NCBI RefSeq assembly: GCF_001194135.2
Contig: NC_068983.1
Span: 132,278,051-132,331,994 of the forward strand
Origin: Octopus bimaculoides
Taxonomy: Eukaryota
Direction: 5' to 3'
DNA length: 53,944 nt
The notes below the pieces were generated by a model. The model saw only the letters and a program-made list of their open reading frames with translations, made no database searches and was not told where the DNA came from. This document shows, piece after piece, positions 12,292 through 23,832 of the stretch. The translations under genes and the position numbers were made by a program. Position 1 is the first letter of the stretch; each line of letters starts with the position of its first letter.

Positions 12292-12843
12292 CTTTGCAGC
12301 ACTATGGAATAACAACAGAATAAGGATGGTATAGGCACACGCCAGAAAAAGGTCACAGAAAATGAGAAAGCAACCATGGTCTGGGATATGCCAATGCACA
12401 CAGATAGAGAAATTAAGGCCAAAATGCCAGGTATATTTGTCAGAGATCATGAAGAAAAAATGCTTTCTAATTGATGTATCAATACCAGCAGATGACAACG
12501 TTTGTCTAAAAGAATTGGAGAAACTTTCAAAATACAAAGACCTGGAAATAGAGGTAACTCGAAAGTGGAATCTAAAAACAGAAACAATTCCGATCATAGT
12601 AGGTGCCTTAGGTATAATAAAAAAATATTCAGACAAATACATAACAAAAACACCAGGACTTGAAAATAGATATAACATACAGAAGATTGCACTACTGGGC
12701 ACTGCACACATCCTACGCAAAACACTTTCAATACAGTAAACATAGGAGCATCACAGTAAACCACAGCACGTACCCAAGGTACACAGAACTACGCTCGGTA
12801 GTGAAGTGAAATCACGCTTTAAAAATAAAACTATTGAATAATA

Positions 12844-12890
<47 letters not shown>
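12292..12890 (+). mobile_element. 5'-truncated R4/Dong-type retrotransposon 3' end: restriction-like endonuclease domain, 3' UTR, (AAT)n
   Basis: HYGIT..WYRHTPEKVTENEKAT..WDMP.HTDREIKA; ORF 12362-12739 KKCFLIDVSIPADDNVCLKELEKLSKYKDLEIE..W..IPIIVGALG..QKIALLGTAHILRKTLSIQ*, a classic RLE C-terminus. Confidence 0.92.
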
Positions 12891-12893
<3 letters not shown>

Positions 12894-12920
12894 TATTATT
12901 ATTATTATTATTATTACCTT

Positions 12921-13075
12921 TACTATAGACAAAAGACCTGAAATATGTTGGGAGAGGTCTAATCGATTATATCGACCCCAGTGCTTAATCAGTACTTCAT
13001 CCGGAAGGATTATAGGCAATGTGACCTCAGCAGAATTTGAACTGAGAACGTAAAGAGTCGGTTGACATGCAACTT
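12921..13075 (-). mobile_element. tRNA-derived SINE (octopus-type), degraded; a further fragment at ~13150-13235
   Basis: The reverse complement contains GTTCTCAGTTCAAATTCTGCTGAGGTC (B-box region), GCACTGGGGTCGAT and AATTTCAGG-like 3' parts, matching the plus-strand copies at 27410 and 45955. Confidence 0.75.
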
Positions 13076-13319
13076 TGCTTCGTATCGAAATGCTAACGAT
13101 TCTGCAAACTCACTGCCGTCTAATTGTTGCAACCTTTAGCAGTAGTACCGCCTTTTTAAACGACAACATTTGACTGGTACTTTATTTTACCAGCCCCAAA
13201 TGGATTAGAAGTAAATTTGACCTTGAAACGATTTGAAGCCATGCATTAGAGGCACGTGCGAAATACCACAACGCACTTCGTCAGTCAACGATATTTTACC
13301 ATTATATGAAACCACAGAT

Positions 13320-13560
13320 TACGGTGAGAAAAAAAATGCTGCTGCTGCTGCTACAGCTGCTCCACATTCAATTCCTTCTGCTCCTGCTGCTGTTGCCGAA
13401 GATGATGATGAGGAGGAGAATGCTTTTGGTTGTTGTGGTGGTGTCGATAATAGCGTTGGTTGTATTCGCAGTGATGTTTATTGTGGTGGTGGTAATCATG
13501 TTACCTTTTTTACTGCTAATGATAATGATGATGGTTATGATTATGGTAGTGAAGAACACG
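13320..13560. repeat. Low-complexity (GCT)n/(GAT)n/(GGT)n field
   Basis: Degenerate trinucleotide runs. Confidence 0.85.
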
Positions 13561-15200
13561 ATTCTCTTTTCTTCTCCTTTGAGCAGCTGATCATAATTAC
13601 TCTGGTATAAAGAATATAGTCTATCTATTTGGATTTACTTCATTTTATCTACTATCATAATATTGGAATAAGCAAGGGTATTCGATATTAGTTATGTTTC
13701 TTCTCATAATACTGAATACTTCAATGCTGTCTTTTTCCAACAGATAGCACTTTTTAACTCCTATAATTGAAGAGGTTTGCACAAGATATCACCTACATTT
13801 GTTTTTAATGTTGGAATGTTGAGAAAACAGTTCCATATTGCAACGTAAACGACAACATTCAAGATGTAATCACACAAAGCAAATGAAACAAATATATAAA
13901 CAGCTTCGGATGTTCAGAGATACAGAGTAACGTTATGTAAATCGATTCTGTATGAAATGAACAAAATCGTAACCACTAAATAGATTTCAGTACAAGAATG
14001 CTCCAAAAGAATATGCCGACTATCTACTTAGCTTATGTTGAAATATGCTGTGTGATTTCGGAAAAATGTATGGCAGGCGCATCCGGAGCATGTGAGATAA
14101 ATAATGAAATAGAAGCAAGAATTCATGCTATATATCAGCAATTTTGGCACCTGGGCTGAACCCTGCAGCATATGATAAATGCGTTTTTGGGAAGACTAGT
14201 TATATTATTACACTGGAAAGAAAGTTACATGTTCAATGTAAGAGAAGATTGAATATTTAATCAATATGAAGATATATACTCGAAAAATGAAATATGGATG
14301 AAAGGAAATCTTGAAGACGATACAAAAGAAGCTAGTACATTGGCAGAATCCTTTGCGTGCAGAATGCTGTATATTATAGAAATTTATTGCTGTACTTGTG
14401 GTCGTGTTTCTGGTTTTTGCTGCTCTTAAATTGTTAAGTTCAACTTCTTCCAAAGTTGATATTCACTTTCATATTTCCAATCTCTTAGAAATAAGTACCA
14501 GTCGAGGATAGGGTGAATTAAGTACTAGCTCAAAACCTGCATGAAATTTAGTTGTGTTGCAAATCTGTCTTCCTAATTATGAATGGTATGTGCGCGTATG
14601 TGATGCGTTTATGTGTATAACAACAACACAAAATTTAGGAGATGACATCACATTTTAAAACCAAAGTATTTTTGAGGTAATTAATAAAGGTCATCCACAT
14701 ATGAATAATCAAATTAGAATATATATTTGAGTAACCATTAAAATTTTAATGTCAAATGATTCTTTGGACATGTTTAGAGGATATAAACTGAAAATCAGAT
14801 AATTTTCCATTGCTTTACTAAGTAACAGAGATAACTTCGAGCTTGTTAAGCACCTACAGGGTTGAATGTGTGCAAGTGGATTATATATGTATATGCACGT
14901 GCGCGTGTGTGTGTTTGCCTGTCTGTTACTGTCAGTTTGTATGCATGTCTGTATCCATATATATATATATATATGTATATCTATCTATTTTTCTATATAT
15001 ATATATGTATATGTATATCTATCNNNNNNNNNNNNNNNNNNNNNNNNNNNNNNNNNNNNNNNNNNNNNNNNNNNNNNNNNNNNNNNNNNNNNNNNNNNNN
15101 NNNNNNNNNNNNNNNNNNNNNNNNNNNNNNNNNNNNNNNNNNNNNNNNNNNNNNNNNNNNNNNNNNNNNNNNNNNNNNNNNNNNNNNNNNNNNNNNNNNN

Positions 15201-15251
<51 letters not shown>

Positions 15252-15899
15252 TGTATTTATATGTTATTGCAAAAGAGGACAACAAAAGTTAAGGCAAGAC
15301 AAACATCATATACGTCATAATTATTGGAAAATTTCAGCCTTACATTTGTTTCTGAGATATTCTAAAGTATGGAATATTCCGTCATCGGAGACAAATAGTG
15401 AAAATGAGAAGGGTATAGATTAATAAAACGATGACATAGACCACAGGAAAAAAGGAATAAGGATATGAATAAGAAGAGAAGAAAAAGAATAAAATTACAC
15501 AGCTCAAATTTCCGATTCCGTAGATGTTAGTCAATAAGTCCTTAGGTACAATCCTGTGTAAATCCATGTAGCTTAACGTCTTAATAGGGTAAATATCCAG
15601 AAATAAGCGCGAATGTATCAGTGTTCCGTAAGAGAATGGAAGCGGAGGTGGCTGGGTAAAGAGAAAGAAATTAAACAAATAGAGAGATAGAGAGAGTGAG
15701 GGAGGAAAGCCATGATTGGTATAAAGGATAAAATGAGGTATATAAGAATATAGTGTGCAAAGATAACCAAAAGAAGATAAAAAATAAACAAATATATATG
15801 GGTAAATAAGGAGAGAGAAGGAATAGGTAAAGGAAGATAAGGTAAAAAAAAATAATATGAAATGAAAAGGATTGAAAGAGAATAGTAGGTGCCAGTGGT

Positions 15900-16365
15900 A
15901 TTCTTCTAAACTGTAGGGCTTGTGTCCGTTTTAGGGCTAAGGTTAGTGGCTGTAGAAATGTTTTTGTTATGGCTGTATCGGTGTGTAGGTAGTTGTGAAT
16001 GGAGAAACCAGTTGAATGTGAAATTATTTAGGAATAATAGTTAGAAGAAAATATTAGGAGATTAGGTTAAGGTTTAAAAATAAATTAAAGAATTAACATC
16101 TGTCTAATAAAGTTGATAGAAGAGATATACAAGGGTATGTGTTAACGATCAATGAGATATGTATACGATTGTTATGCGTTGTGGTGAATTTACACTTGGA
16201 TTTATGGAAGAGTTTAAAGGTAGGGAGCATGCGTTTGTTAAGCAATTGTGGTAAATTATGGGCTAAAATTTTGAGGGCTTCTTCTAGGCAGAGTCCACAA
16301 GTGGAGCGCTGGCCCTGATATGGGATGCCAGAATTTATTATAGCAAAAAATAACCAATATTGAAT
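15900..16365 (-). mobile_element. Penelope-like element, GIY-YIG C-terminus and downstream region
   Basis: Minus-strand IPYQGQRSTCGLCLEEALKILAHNLPQLLNKR..KSKCK resembles the PLE C-terminal C..LC..E...I.....LLNKR..SKC motif. Confidence 0.75.
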
Positions 16366-16879
16366 TGTTCCATTAATTATATATATGTATATACATACAT
16401 ATATACATGCATGCATACATACATANNNNNNNNNNNNNNNNNNNNNNNNNNNNNNNNNNNNNNNNNNNNNNNNNNNNNNNNNNNNNNNNNNNNNNNNNNN
16501 NNNNNNNNNNNNNNNNNNNNNNNNNNNNNNNNNNNNNNNNNNNNNNNNNNNNNNNNNNNNNNNNNNNNNNNNNNNNNNNNNNNNNNNNNNNNNNNNNNNN
16601 NNNNNNNNNNNNNNNNNNNNNNNNNNNNNNNNNNNNNNNNNNNNNNNNNNNNNNNNNNNNNNNNNNNNNNNNNNNNNNNNNNNNNNNNNNNNNNNNNNNN
16701 NNNNNNNNNNNNNNNNNNNNCATGCGTGTCTGCATGCATATATATATATATGTATATACATACATATATACATGCATGCATACATACATACATACATACA
16801 TACACAGATACATGCATACATACATAATACATAAATACATACATACATGCATGCATGCATACATACATACATACATACA

Positions 16880-16904
<25 letters not shown>

Positions 16905-16911
<7 letters not shown>

Positions 16912-17150
16912 AATGGCAATTTCTGTTTGTGGCTGTGTGTGTGTCTGAATTTGTGAATTTTTGCTTTAACTCCACCGAGACTATACAACCGATCTTGATG
17001 AAACTTGACACGGGTGTGGGACTTTGTCCACACGGTCGCTTACGGACTTGGACATTTCAATGCAATTCCTTATGTTATTTTCTGCCATAACTTTTAAAGT
17101 TTTCAACTAATTTTCTTCAAATGTTGCACAAAGATGGAATAAGAGCTAAC
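16905..17150. mobile_element. Possible non-autonomous Helitron/HINE-like element next to a (CATA)n microsatellite
   Basis: Motif CAACCGATCTTGATGAAACTTGACAC and a second TTCAACTAATTTTCTTCAAA recall the repeated core motif of DINE-1/HINE-like elements. Termini not identified. Confidence 0.3.
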
Positions 17151-18883
17151 TAAGGATATGTTGCGAGAAACAAATATTGTTACCTAGGCCACTCAGGCAA
17201 AGTGTAAGATGATTTTTGATCAATTGATTAATGAAATTTATCCTAAATTGTTGTGGGGTTAAAACGTTCAATTATTTCATATATATATATGTATATGTAT
17301 AGATGTATATGTATAGATGCATATGTATAGATGTATATANNNNNNNNNNNNNNNNNNNNNNNNNNNNNNNNNNNNNNNNNNNNNNNNNNNNNNNNNNNNN
17401 NNNNNNNNNNNNNNNNNNNNNNNNNNNNNNNNNNNNNNNNNNNNNNNNNNNNNNNNNNNNNNNNNNNNNNNNNNNNNNNNNNNNNNNNNNNNNNNNNNNN
17501 NNNNNNNNNNNNNNNNNNNNNNNNNNNNNNNNNNNNNNNNNNNNNNNNNNNNNNNNNNNNNNNNNNNNNNNNNNNNNNNNNNNNNNNNNNNNNNNNNNNN
17601 NNNNNNNNNNNNNNNNNNNNNNNNNNNNNNNNNNNNNNNNNNNNNNNNNNNNNNNNNNATATGTCAACAGTAACATCGTAATAGCTGCTTATATTTAAAT
17701 TTTAGCAAATTTGGACAAAATGACAATGTTGGCTAAATTCCCATAAAATGTACATTCTTAATTGAAACATTAAGCAATAAAACAACGCTAACGTTAACAG
17801 ATATATCCATGTTGGATAATATGAAACTGAAAGAATATACGCTAAAATATATGTACTCGCAGATTTTGCTAAAATCAGGGGTTGTGGATTGTATGACGCA
17901 AAATTAGGCGTAATGTTTAGTATTGGATCATTTGGAGTTCAAATCTTGCAGCAGTTAACTTAATATTTACAGGTGTTGGGTCGAGAGTACCGCTTCCACT
18001 GCAGTTTGACTTATTATTAAAATGGATATTTTTGAAATGCGTGTCTGATAAAATAGATCTGCATATAACAACTATAGAATCGCCTAAAATAATATCAGGA
18101 TATTATTTGCATCACTTGTACAGAATTATATCATTCCTAACCTTCAAGAATGTCGACGACCATAATATCTGCATCTTTGTCAGCATACAGATTAAGCTGC
18201 TTCCCAGCATCCATTATGGATGTCATGTTCTGCCGTATTTAATAATCATACTAATTCTAGAAGCTTTGAAGAAAATAAAAAACTCATTAGAATTTAATAT
18301 ATTCCACAGCAATCCTGTGCAGTTGCTTTATATTTGGCGATATGTATATTGAGGGGATAAGAAAAGCAAAAGATTTTTTAAATGCATGAAAACGTCTACA
18401 TAAAACTTGCGAAAACAAAATCAACAAAAGACGAATGTTAAAGTAGATCGACTACAGAGTTTTCCAAATACAATGAAAAGACCTACAATGGAATTATTTT
18501 GCATATTGAGGGCAAAGGCAATATATTGAACAAAAGAATTCTGAATCGGAAAAGAGGTGGTTATAAATTTACTGAAGAAAACATACACAAAAGAACGCAA
18601 AGAAATTATACAAAAAATAATATTGATTACTTCATTACATACAGCCGTTAGCTATTAGTTGGCCCAACTTCAACTGTTTTGTGTTCTTGGTTTGTTGTAT
18701 ATGGCAACATGGTATCACAATCAAGACAATATGTATTCTTTTTATTGTTCGATTGTACTCTTCATTTCTTGGAACACAATCTCATACACATTAATATATC
18801 CCATATATACTTACATATTGAGTGCATGCGTGTACGTATATATATTCACCCAGATAATTTATATATGTGTAAGTGCTTATACA

Positions 18884-18953
<70 letters not shown>

Positions 18954-19821
18954 AATACACTGACATGTACAGCAAAACCTAACGCAATACATTACCATAA
19001 ATGTTAAAATACCTCCAATTTATACGGTGCATTTAAATGAAGGTTGTTTTGGTAATGACTTCCTTCCCTCTTGAGCGCCCCACTTGTCTGAATGCATTTT
19101 CAGTTTCTCTGAAAATAAAGAAAAACAGGAAAGGGCAAATAAATAATATCTAAAATTATCTTCCCATAACAACAATCTCAATGTTTCATTAAATTAATGT
19201 ATCACACTCTGCTGTTCTCTCTTGATTAAGTAAAGATTTATATTCACAAATATCTATATACAGTTGGTATAGAAAATATTTCTGTTCTTCTTTGAATGAC
19301 ATATAATTACGGATACCATGTATGTAACATTTTCAGTGCAGTTACCTTTAGGATACACTAGCCAATACATGGTTTTCAATCTTCACCTTATCGACTTAAT
19401 GTCGCAGTGGTAAAGATATAGAATAAAATATCATCTAATTACAATTTAAGAAGTGAGGTACTCAATGCAAAATTTTATTTCAAATTTCACCTCTTCAACC
19501 TCATATTGGTAATGATTTGCGAATACAAGGGGAGGTGATCTGAAGAAATTAAAAACCAGCCTATTGATGTTTATTTAAGTATTTGTATGATGTAACTATA
19601 TATATATACATCGATCTCCAAACTTCATTAGCATAGTATACGCTAAGTTGACATGCTTGATCAATCAACAATATATCTTATTCATAGAATATGATTAATG
19701 ATGCATTTTCACGTATATAAAGCATAATTAAAAGTTAATGTGAACGAGAGGGAGCAAATTGACTCGATCACTTCCGCATGTGTTTACCAAACGTAGATTA
19801 AAAGTTCCATTCAATAATAAC

Positions 19822-19853
<32 letters not shown>

Positions 19854-20989
19854 NNNNNNNNNNNNNNNNNNNNNNNNNNNNNNNNNNNNNNNNNNNNNNN
19901 NNNNNNNNNNNNNNNNNNNNNNNNNNNNNNNNNNNNNNNNNNNNNNNNNNNNNNNNNNNNNNNNNNNNNNNNNNNNNNNNNNNNNNNNNNNNNNNNNNNN
20001 NNNNNNNNNNNNNNNNNNNNNNNNNNNNNNNNNNNNNNNNNNNNNNNNNNNNNNNNNNNNNNNNNNNNNNNNNNNNNNNNNNNNNNNNNNNNNNNNNNNN
20101 NNNNNNNNNNNNNNNNNNNNNNNNNNNNNNNNNNNNNNNNNNNNNNNNNNNNNNNNNNNNNNNNNNNNNNNNNNNNNNNNNNNNNNNNNNNNNNNNNNNN
20201 NNNNNNNNNNNNNNNNNNNNNNNNNNNNNNNNNNNNNNNNNNNNNNNNNNNNNNNNNNNNNNNNNNNNNNNNNNNNNNNNNNNNNNNNNNNNNNNNNNNN
20301 NNNNNNNNNNNNNNNNNNNNNNNNNNNNNNNNNNNNNNNNNNNNNNNNNNNNNNNNNNNNNNNNNNNNNNNNNNNNNNNNNNNNNNNNNNNNNNNNNNNN
20401 NNNNNNNNNNNNNNNNNNNNNNNNNNNNNNNNNNNNNNNNNNNNNNNNNNNNNNNNNNNNNNNNNNNNNNNNNNNNNNNNNNNNNNNNNNNNNNNNNNNN
20501 NNNNNNNNNNNNNNNNNNNNNNNNNNNNNNNNNNNNATATATATATATTAGGTAATAGTTTTGAATCTTCTGAAGTTGAGGCCCTTTATCTTATAGGAAC
20601 GCTGGTTGTTACTATTAGTGTTCGGCACTCAAATTCCACCTAAGAGGAACATTTCCATTGAAAGTTTTACGTATGAAATTGAGTTTTTGGAATTGGATCG
20701 GACATCGCTTCAGACAAGTTTCAGATAGCGATTGTATGGTGGGACTAAATTGACAGATTCATGGGAAAAGTGCAGTGGGTACCTTAGAATCACATGTTGA
20801 GTGACCATTGACTAAGAAAGGAGACGAGAAAGATGTAAAAGCTGGAATGAGACTAGATCAGTGACACAAAAACAGAGCTGGATGAAGAGATTGCGTTGCA
20901 GACGTATGTTCTTCGTGGCGCGGACAGAAGTAAGTAAATTATCTTCCAAATCCTTCTTGTTGATCCATTTCATTTCTTTGATTTAACCA

Positions 20990-21092
20990 CTACATTTTTG
21001 TAACTTGCTCAAGGACACAACACGCAGCAGGGAATCGAAATTATGACTGTATGATCGTAAGACGAGTACCCTAACCACTATACCAAGCGCCT
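20990..21092 (-). mobile_element. tRNA-derived CORE-like SINE, 5' part
   Basis: Reverse complement: GGCGCTTGGTATAGTGGTTAGGGTACTCG..TTTCGATTCCCTG..GTGTCCTTGAGCAAG (A box, B box, CORE-like motif). Confidence 0.75.
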
Positions 21093-21131
21093 TTATATAT
21101 ATATGTGTGTGCGTGTGTGTGTGTGTGTGAA

Positions 21132-21274
21132 GGCGCATAGCTCAGTGGTTAGGGCATTGAGCTTACAATCATAAGATTATGAGTTCGAATCCCGGACCGA
21201 GCTGCGTATTTTGTTCTTGAGCAAGACACTTTACTTCACGTTGCTTCAGTTCACTCAGCTCTAGAAATGAGTTG
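21132..21274 (+). mobile_element. tRNA-derived CORE-like SINE, 5' part (runs into a gap)
   Basis: GGCGCATAGCTCAGTGGTTAGGG (A box)..GAGTTCGAATCCCGG (B box)..TTCTTGAGCAAGACACTTTAC..CAGTTCACTCAGCT..AAATGAGT (CORE/MIR-core-like). Confidence 0.85.
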
Positions 21275-21678
21275 NNNNNNNNNNNNNNNNNNNNNNNNNN
21301 NNNNNNNNNNNNNNNNNNNNNNNNNNNNNNNNNNNNNNNNNNNNNNNNNNNNNNNNNNNNNNNNNNNNNNNNNNNNNNNNNNNNNNNNNNNNNNNNNNNN
21401 NNNNNNNNNNNNNNNNNNNNNNNNNNNNNNNNNNNNNNNNNNNGAGAGAGAGAAATATTCAGTTTACAATGGGGTACAGCAAAGATCAACTGCCATTCCA
21501 TAATATTTTAATTATTTATTAAATATATATATATATATATAACAAATTAAAAGGGTAAAGGTTTATCAATTTATTAATTTATTAATAAATCAACAATTAA
21601 TAATTTTTACCAAGCCCTTCGGTATGTAAGCACCATTATCGGTGGAGAACTTATTTAAAAGTTCCCATACATTTATAA

Positions 21679-21800
21679 ACATAATTAAGGGATCAGCAAG
21701 CATTTGCTTTACCACATACCGAAGTTCAGAAATAGCAGCTAAAAAAGCTCCAACAGATAGCATTACTATCTGTAAATGCTTGCTGATCCCTTAACTATGT
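21679..21800. repeat. Inverted repeat (27-bp arms, 26/27 match) with an internal 8-bp hairpin
   Basis: 21679-21705 ACATAATTAAGGGATCAGCAAGCATTT versus reverse complement of 21774-21800 ACATAGTTAAGGGATCAGCAAGCATTT. ACAGATAG-catta-CTATCTGT at 21753-21773. Confidence 0.95.
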
Positions 21801-21959
21801 ATATATATCAGAGGCAGGGTACGCGCAAACATGTGTATAGCAAATACGCGCAAAGACCACTGCGGCGAAAATTGTTTCTGGAGGGAAATTGCCCTTAAAA
21901 AACAAGGTTGAGGAATAACACACGCCTGGAGTAAGAATGATGTTATAGGACTGTTGTAG

Positions 21960-21992
21960 GACTCCTGTTTCGCTATCGTTAAGCTTCATCAG
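21960..21992 (-). ncRNA. Candidate minimal type I hammerhead ribozyme core
   Basis: Minus strand: CTGATGA-A-GCT-taacgat-AGC-GAAA-C-agga-GTC. Both catalytic boxes, a 3-bp stem II, a 2-bp stem III and a GUC triplet are present. Stem I pairing (ctat versus ctac) is not satisfied in this copy. Confidence 0.55.
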
Positions 21993-22099
21993 ATAGGGAC
22001 GCCGGATTCATCATTTATAGTATGATATATTTCCCGGTGCGTGCAAATATTATTCTAGGTTCGATTCACTGGCTGGATATACACTAAGTAGGAATAATT

Positions 22100-22153
22100 G
22101 AATCCATTTGATTGTGTGAATCCATTTGATTGTGTGAATCCATTTGATTTGTG
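22100..22153. repeat. 18-bp tandem repeat (GAATCCATTTGATTGTGT) x3
   Basis: Units start at 22100, 22118 and 22136. Confidence 0.95.
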
Positions 22154-22229
22154 AAATTTAAATTATCCACTATAAAATCCATCCCATTTCACAGAGTACT
22201 TGTATAATTTCCATGGTGTACGGTGTGTT

Positions 22230-22560
22230 AACGAATTGCATCATTACACATACTTCATTTGCATCTCGTGATATTTCACAAACAATCTAAATAACACTTT
22301 CCATATTGACAAAAAGCTGGAACCAGCTAAACAAGACAAACTCAGTTAAAGAAACATCAACTGGTTTGATTCGTTCTTCAATATATATTTAGCTGCTTGT
22401 AGAACGTATATTCCTAACACTAATTTGCAAAAAACGTCTCAAAAGAACATAAACATCGCACACTCTTCAACACACCCCATTCAAAAACTAGCTAACGTTG
22501 CACAAAAACCTAAGACACTTCATGGAAGCATTAAACAAGAACATATCGAGCAACAATCAG
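22230..22560 (+). mobile_element. Possible degraded Penelope-like RT/linker fragment
   Basis: K*RNINWFDSFF resembles the PLE RKRNIIWFNPPF motif. Otherwise highly decayed. Confidence 0.3.
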
Positions 22561-23832
22561 TAATGTGAAATACTTATGTAACTTCACTATAAAAAGAAAT
22601 GTCCATTACCTGGAAAATTTTAAATAATATTTAGTTAATAAGATAACCTTGAACGCTTTTCACAATGCCCTCCATTTATTCCGTTTAGCTATAATCAATA
22701 ATGTGCTGTCAACCACTCCGTAACTACAATGACAAGGCAGCACACTCCAGCCTTTCTTGGCTACATTATGCACCGCACACTTTCTTTCTACATCTGTTTA
22801 ATGGAGCTTTTATTTAACATTTAGTCGTTGATAGATGTATCGTCATCCTCTTCTTTTTAATTATATGCAGACAAGTCTCCTCCATACCTAATCGTAATGT
22901 ATCACACAAAATATTGTGTTTGAATTATTAGAGACCAGAAATGATTGGGTGATTTAACCAAGAAGAGCCAGTCGTCCTCCAATGGATAAACGCGCTAAAC
23001 CAAGCAAATGCCAAGTACAGGTAAATGAGGTAGACTCAACACGATTACACCTACCATTATTAATAACAGTCGATTTTTTCTTAAGTGTCCTTTAGTATCT
23101 TAACACATCGGAAGATATTTTATATGTAGTTCTAAATAACCACAATAGCGATGGAATGGTGTTGGTTCTTCTGCATTTCGTTTTAGGGTAGATTATCCAC
23201 GTTTTGCTTGTGGCTGAATCCTTAGAACAACCAAAACCAACTGCAGTAATATAATCAATGAGGCCAACATTTTCAAATGATATGCTCCTTGAAATTATTG
23301 ACTACTTCTTATAATATCAAATATAGGTCATTGTCAATTCTGAACGGCAATGAATTAACTTCTATCCCTTTAGGCTCTGTATATGTTCAATTTTCCCCCC
23401 AAGTTCATAAATTGATAGTCGTTGAAATATCGCTTCAGTATATGTGTAGTTTGTGAATCATAAGCTGTCAGTCAGAAACAATATGCAACTACACATTTAA
23501 ATATCTATGTTACAACATGGTTTTCCTTTAAATGAGAAAGAGATGAAATCCTAAACTTCATTCTAAATATGTATGCCTGCTCTAAAGTCCAGCAATATCT
23601 TCCTCCACTTCTTCCTCATCTTATTCTATCTAGTCCTCCTCATCATCATCATTATCACTCCTACAACCAACACTACCACAAAAGCAAATAAGAACTGTTA
23701 ATTTCAAATAAATTGTATATCTTCATAAAGCTATGGAAGTTTGTACGAATAAATAATTCAGAGAAATGTCAAAATGTTATTATTTGATATAATGAGGGTA
23801 GGTGTTTAAAATATTTCAAGAACATGTCATTA

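Noticed and set aside
12362-12739. 125-aa ORF as a stand-alone nuclease gene
   Set aside because: It is the frameshifted RLE C-terminus of a retrotransposon, followed by the family 3' UTR and AAT tail.
20860-20935. Apparent plus-strand exon ending in a perfect GTAAGT donor
   Set aside because: The peptide (ELDEEIALQTYVLRGADR) looks like a decayed CR1 apurinic-endonuclease fragment (EI...Y...RADR), and there is no good acceptor.
21132-21205. tRNA gene
   Set aside because: It has A and B boxes but no closing acceptor stem, and continues directly into a CORE-like SINE body.
21608-21646. Another hammerhead on the minus strand (CCGATAA-TGGTG..TACC-GAAG)
   Set aside because: Both catalytic boxes are mutated. 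At most it is a fossil and cannot be supported from this copy.
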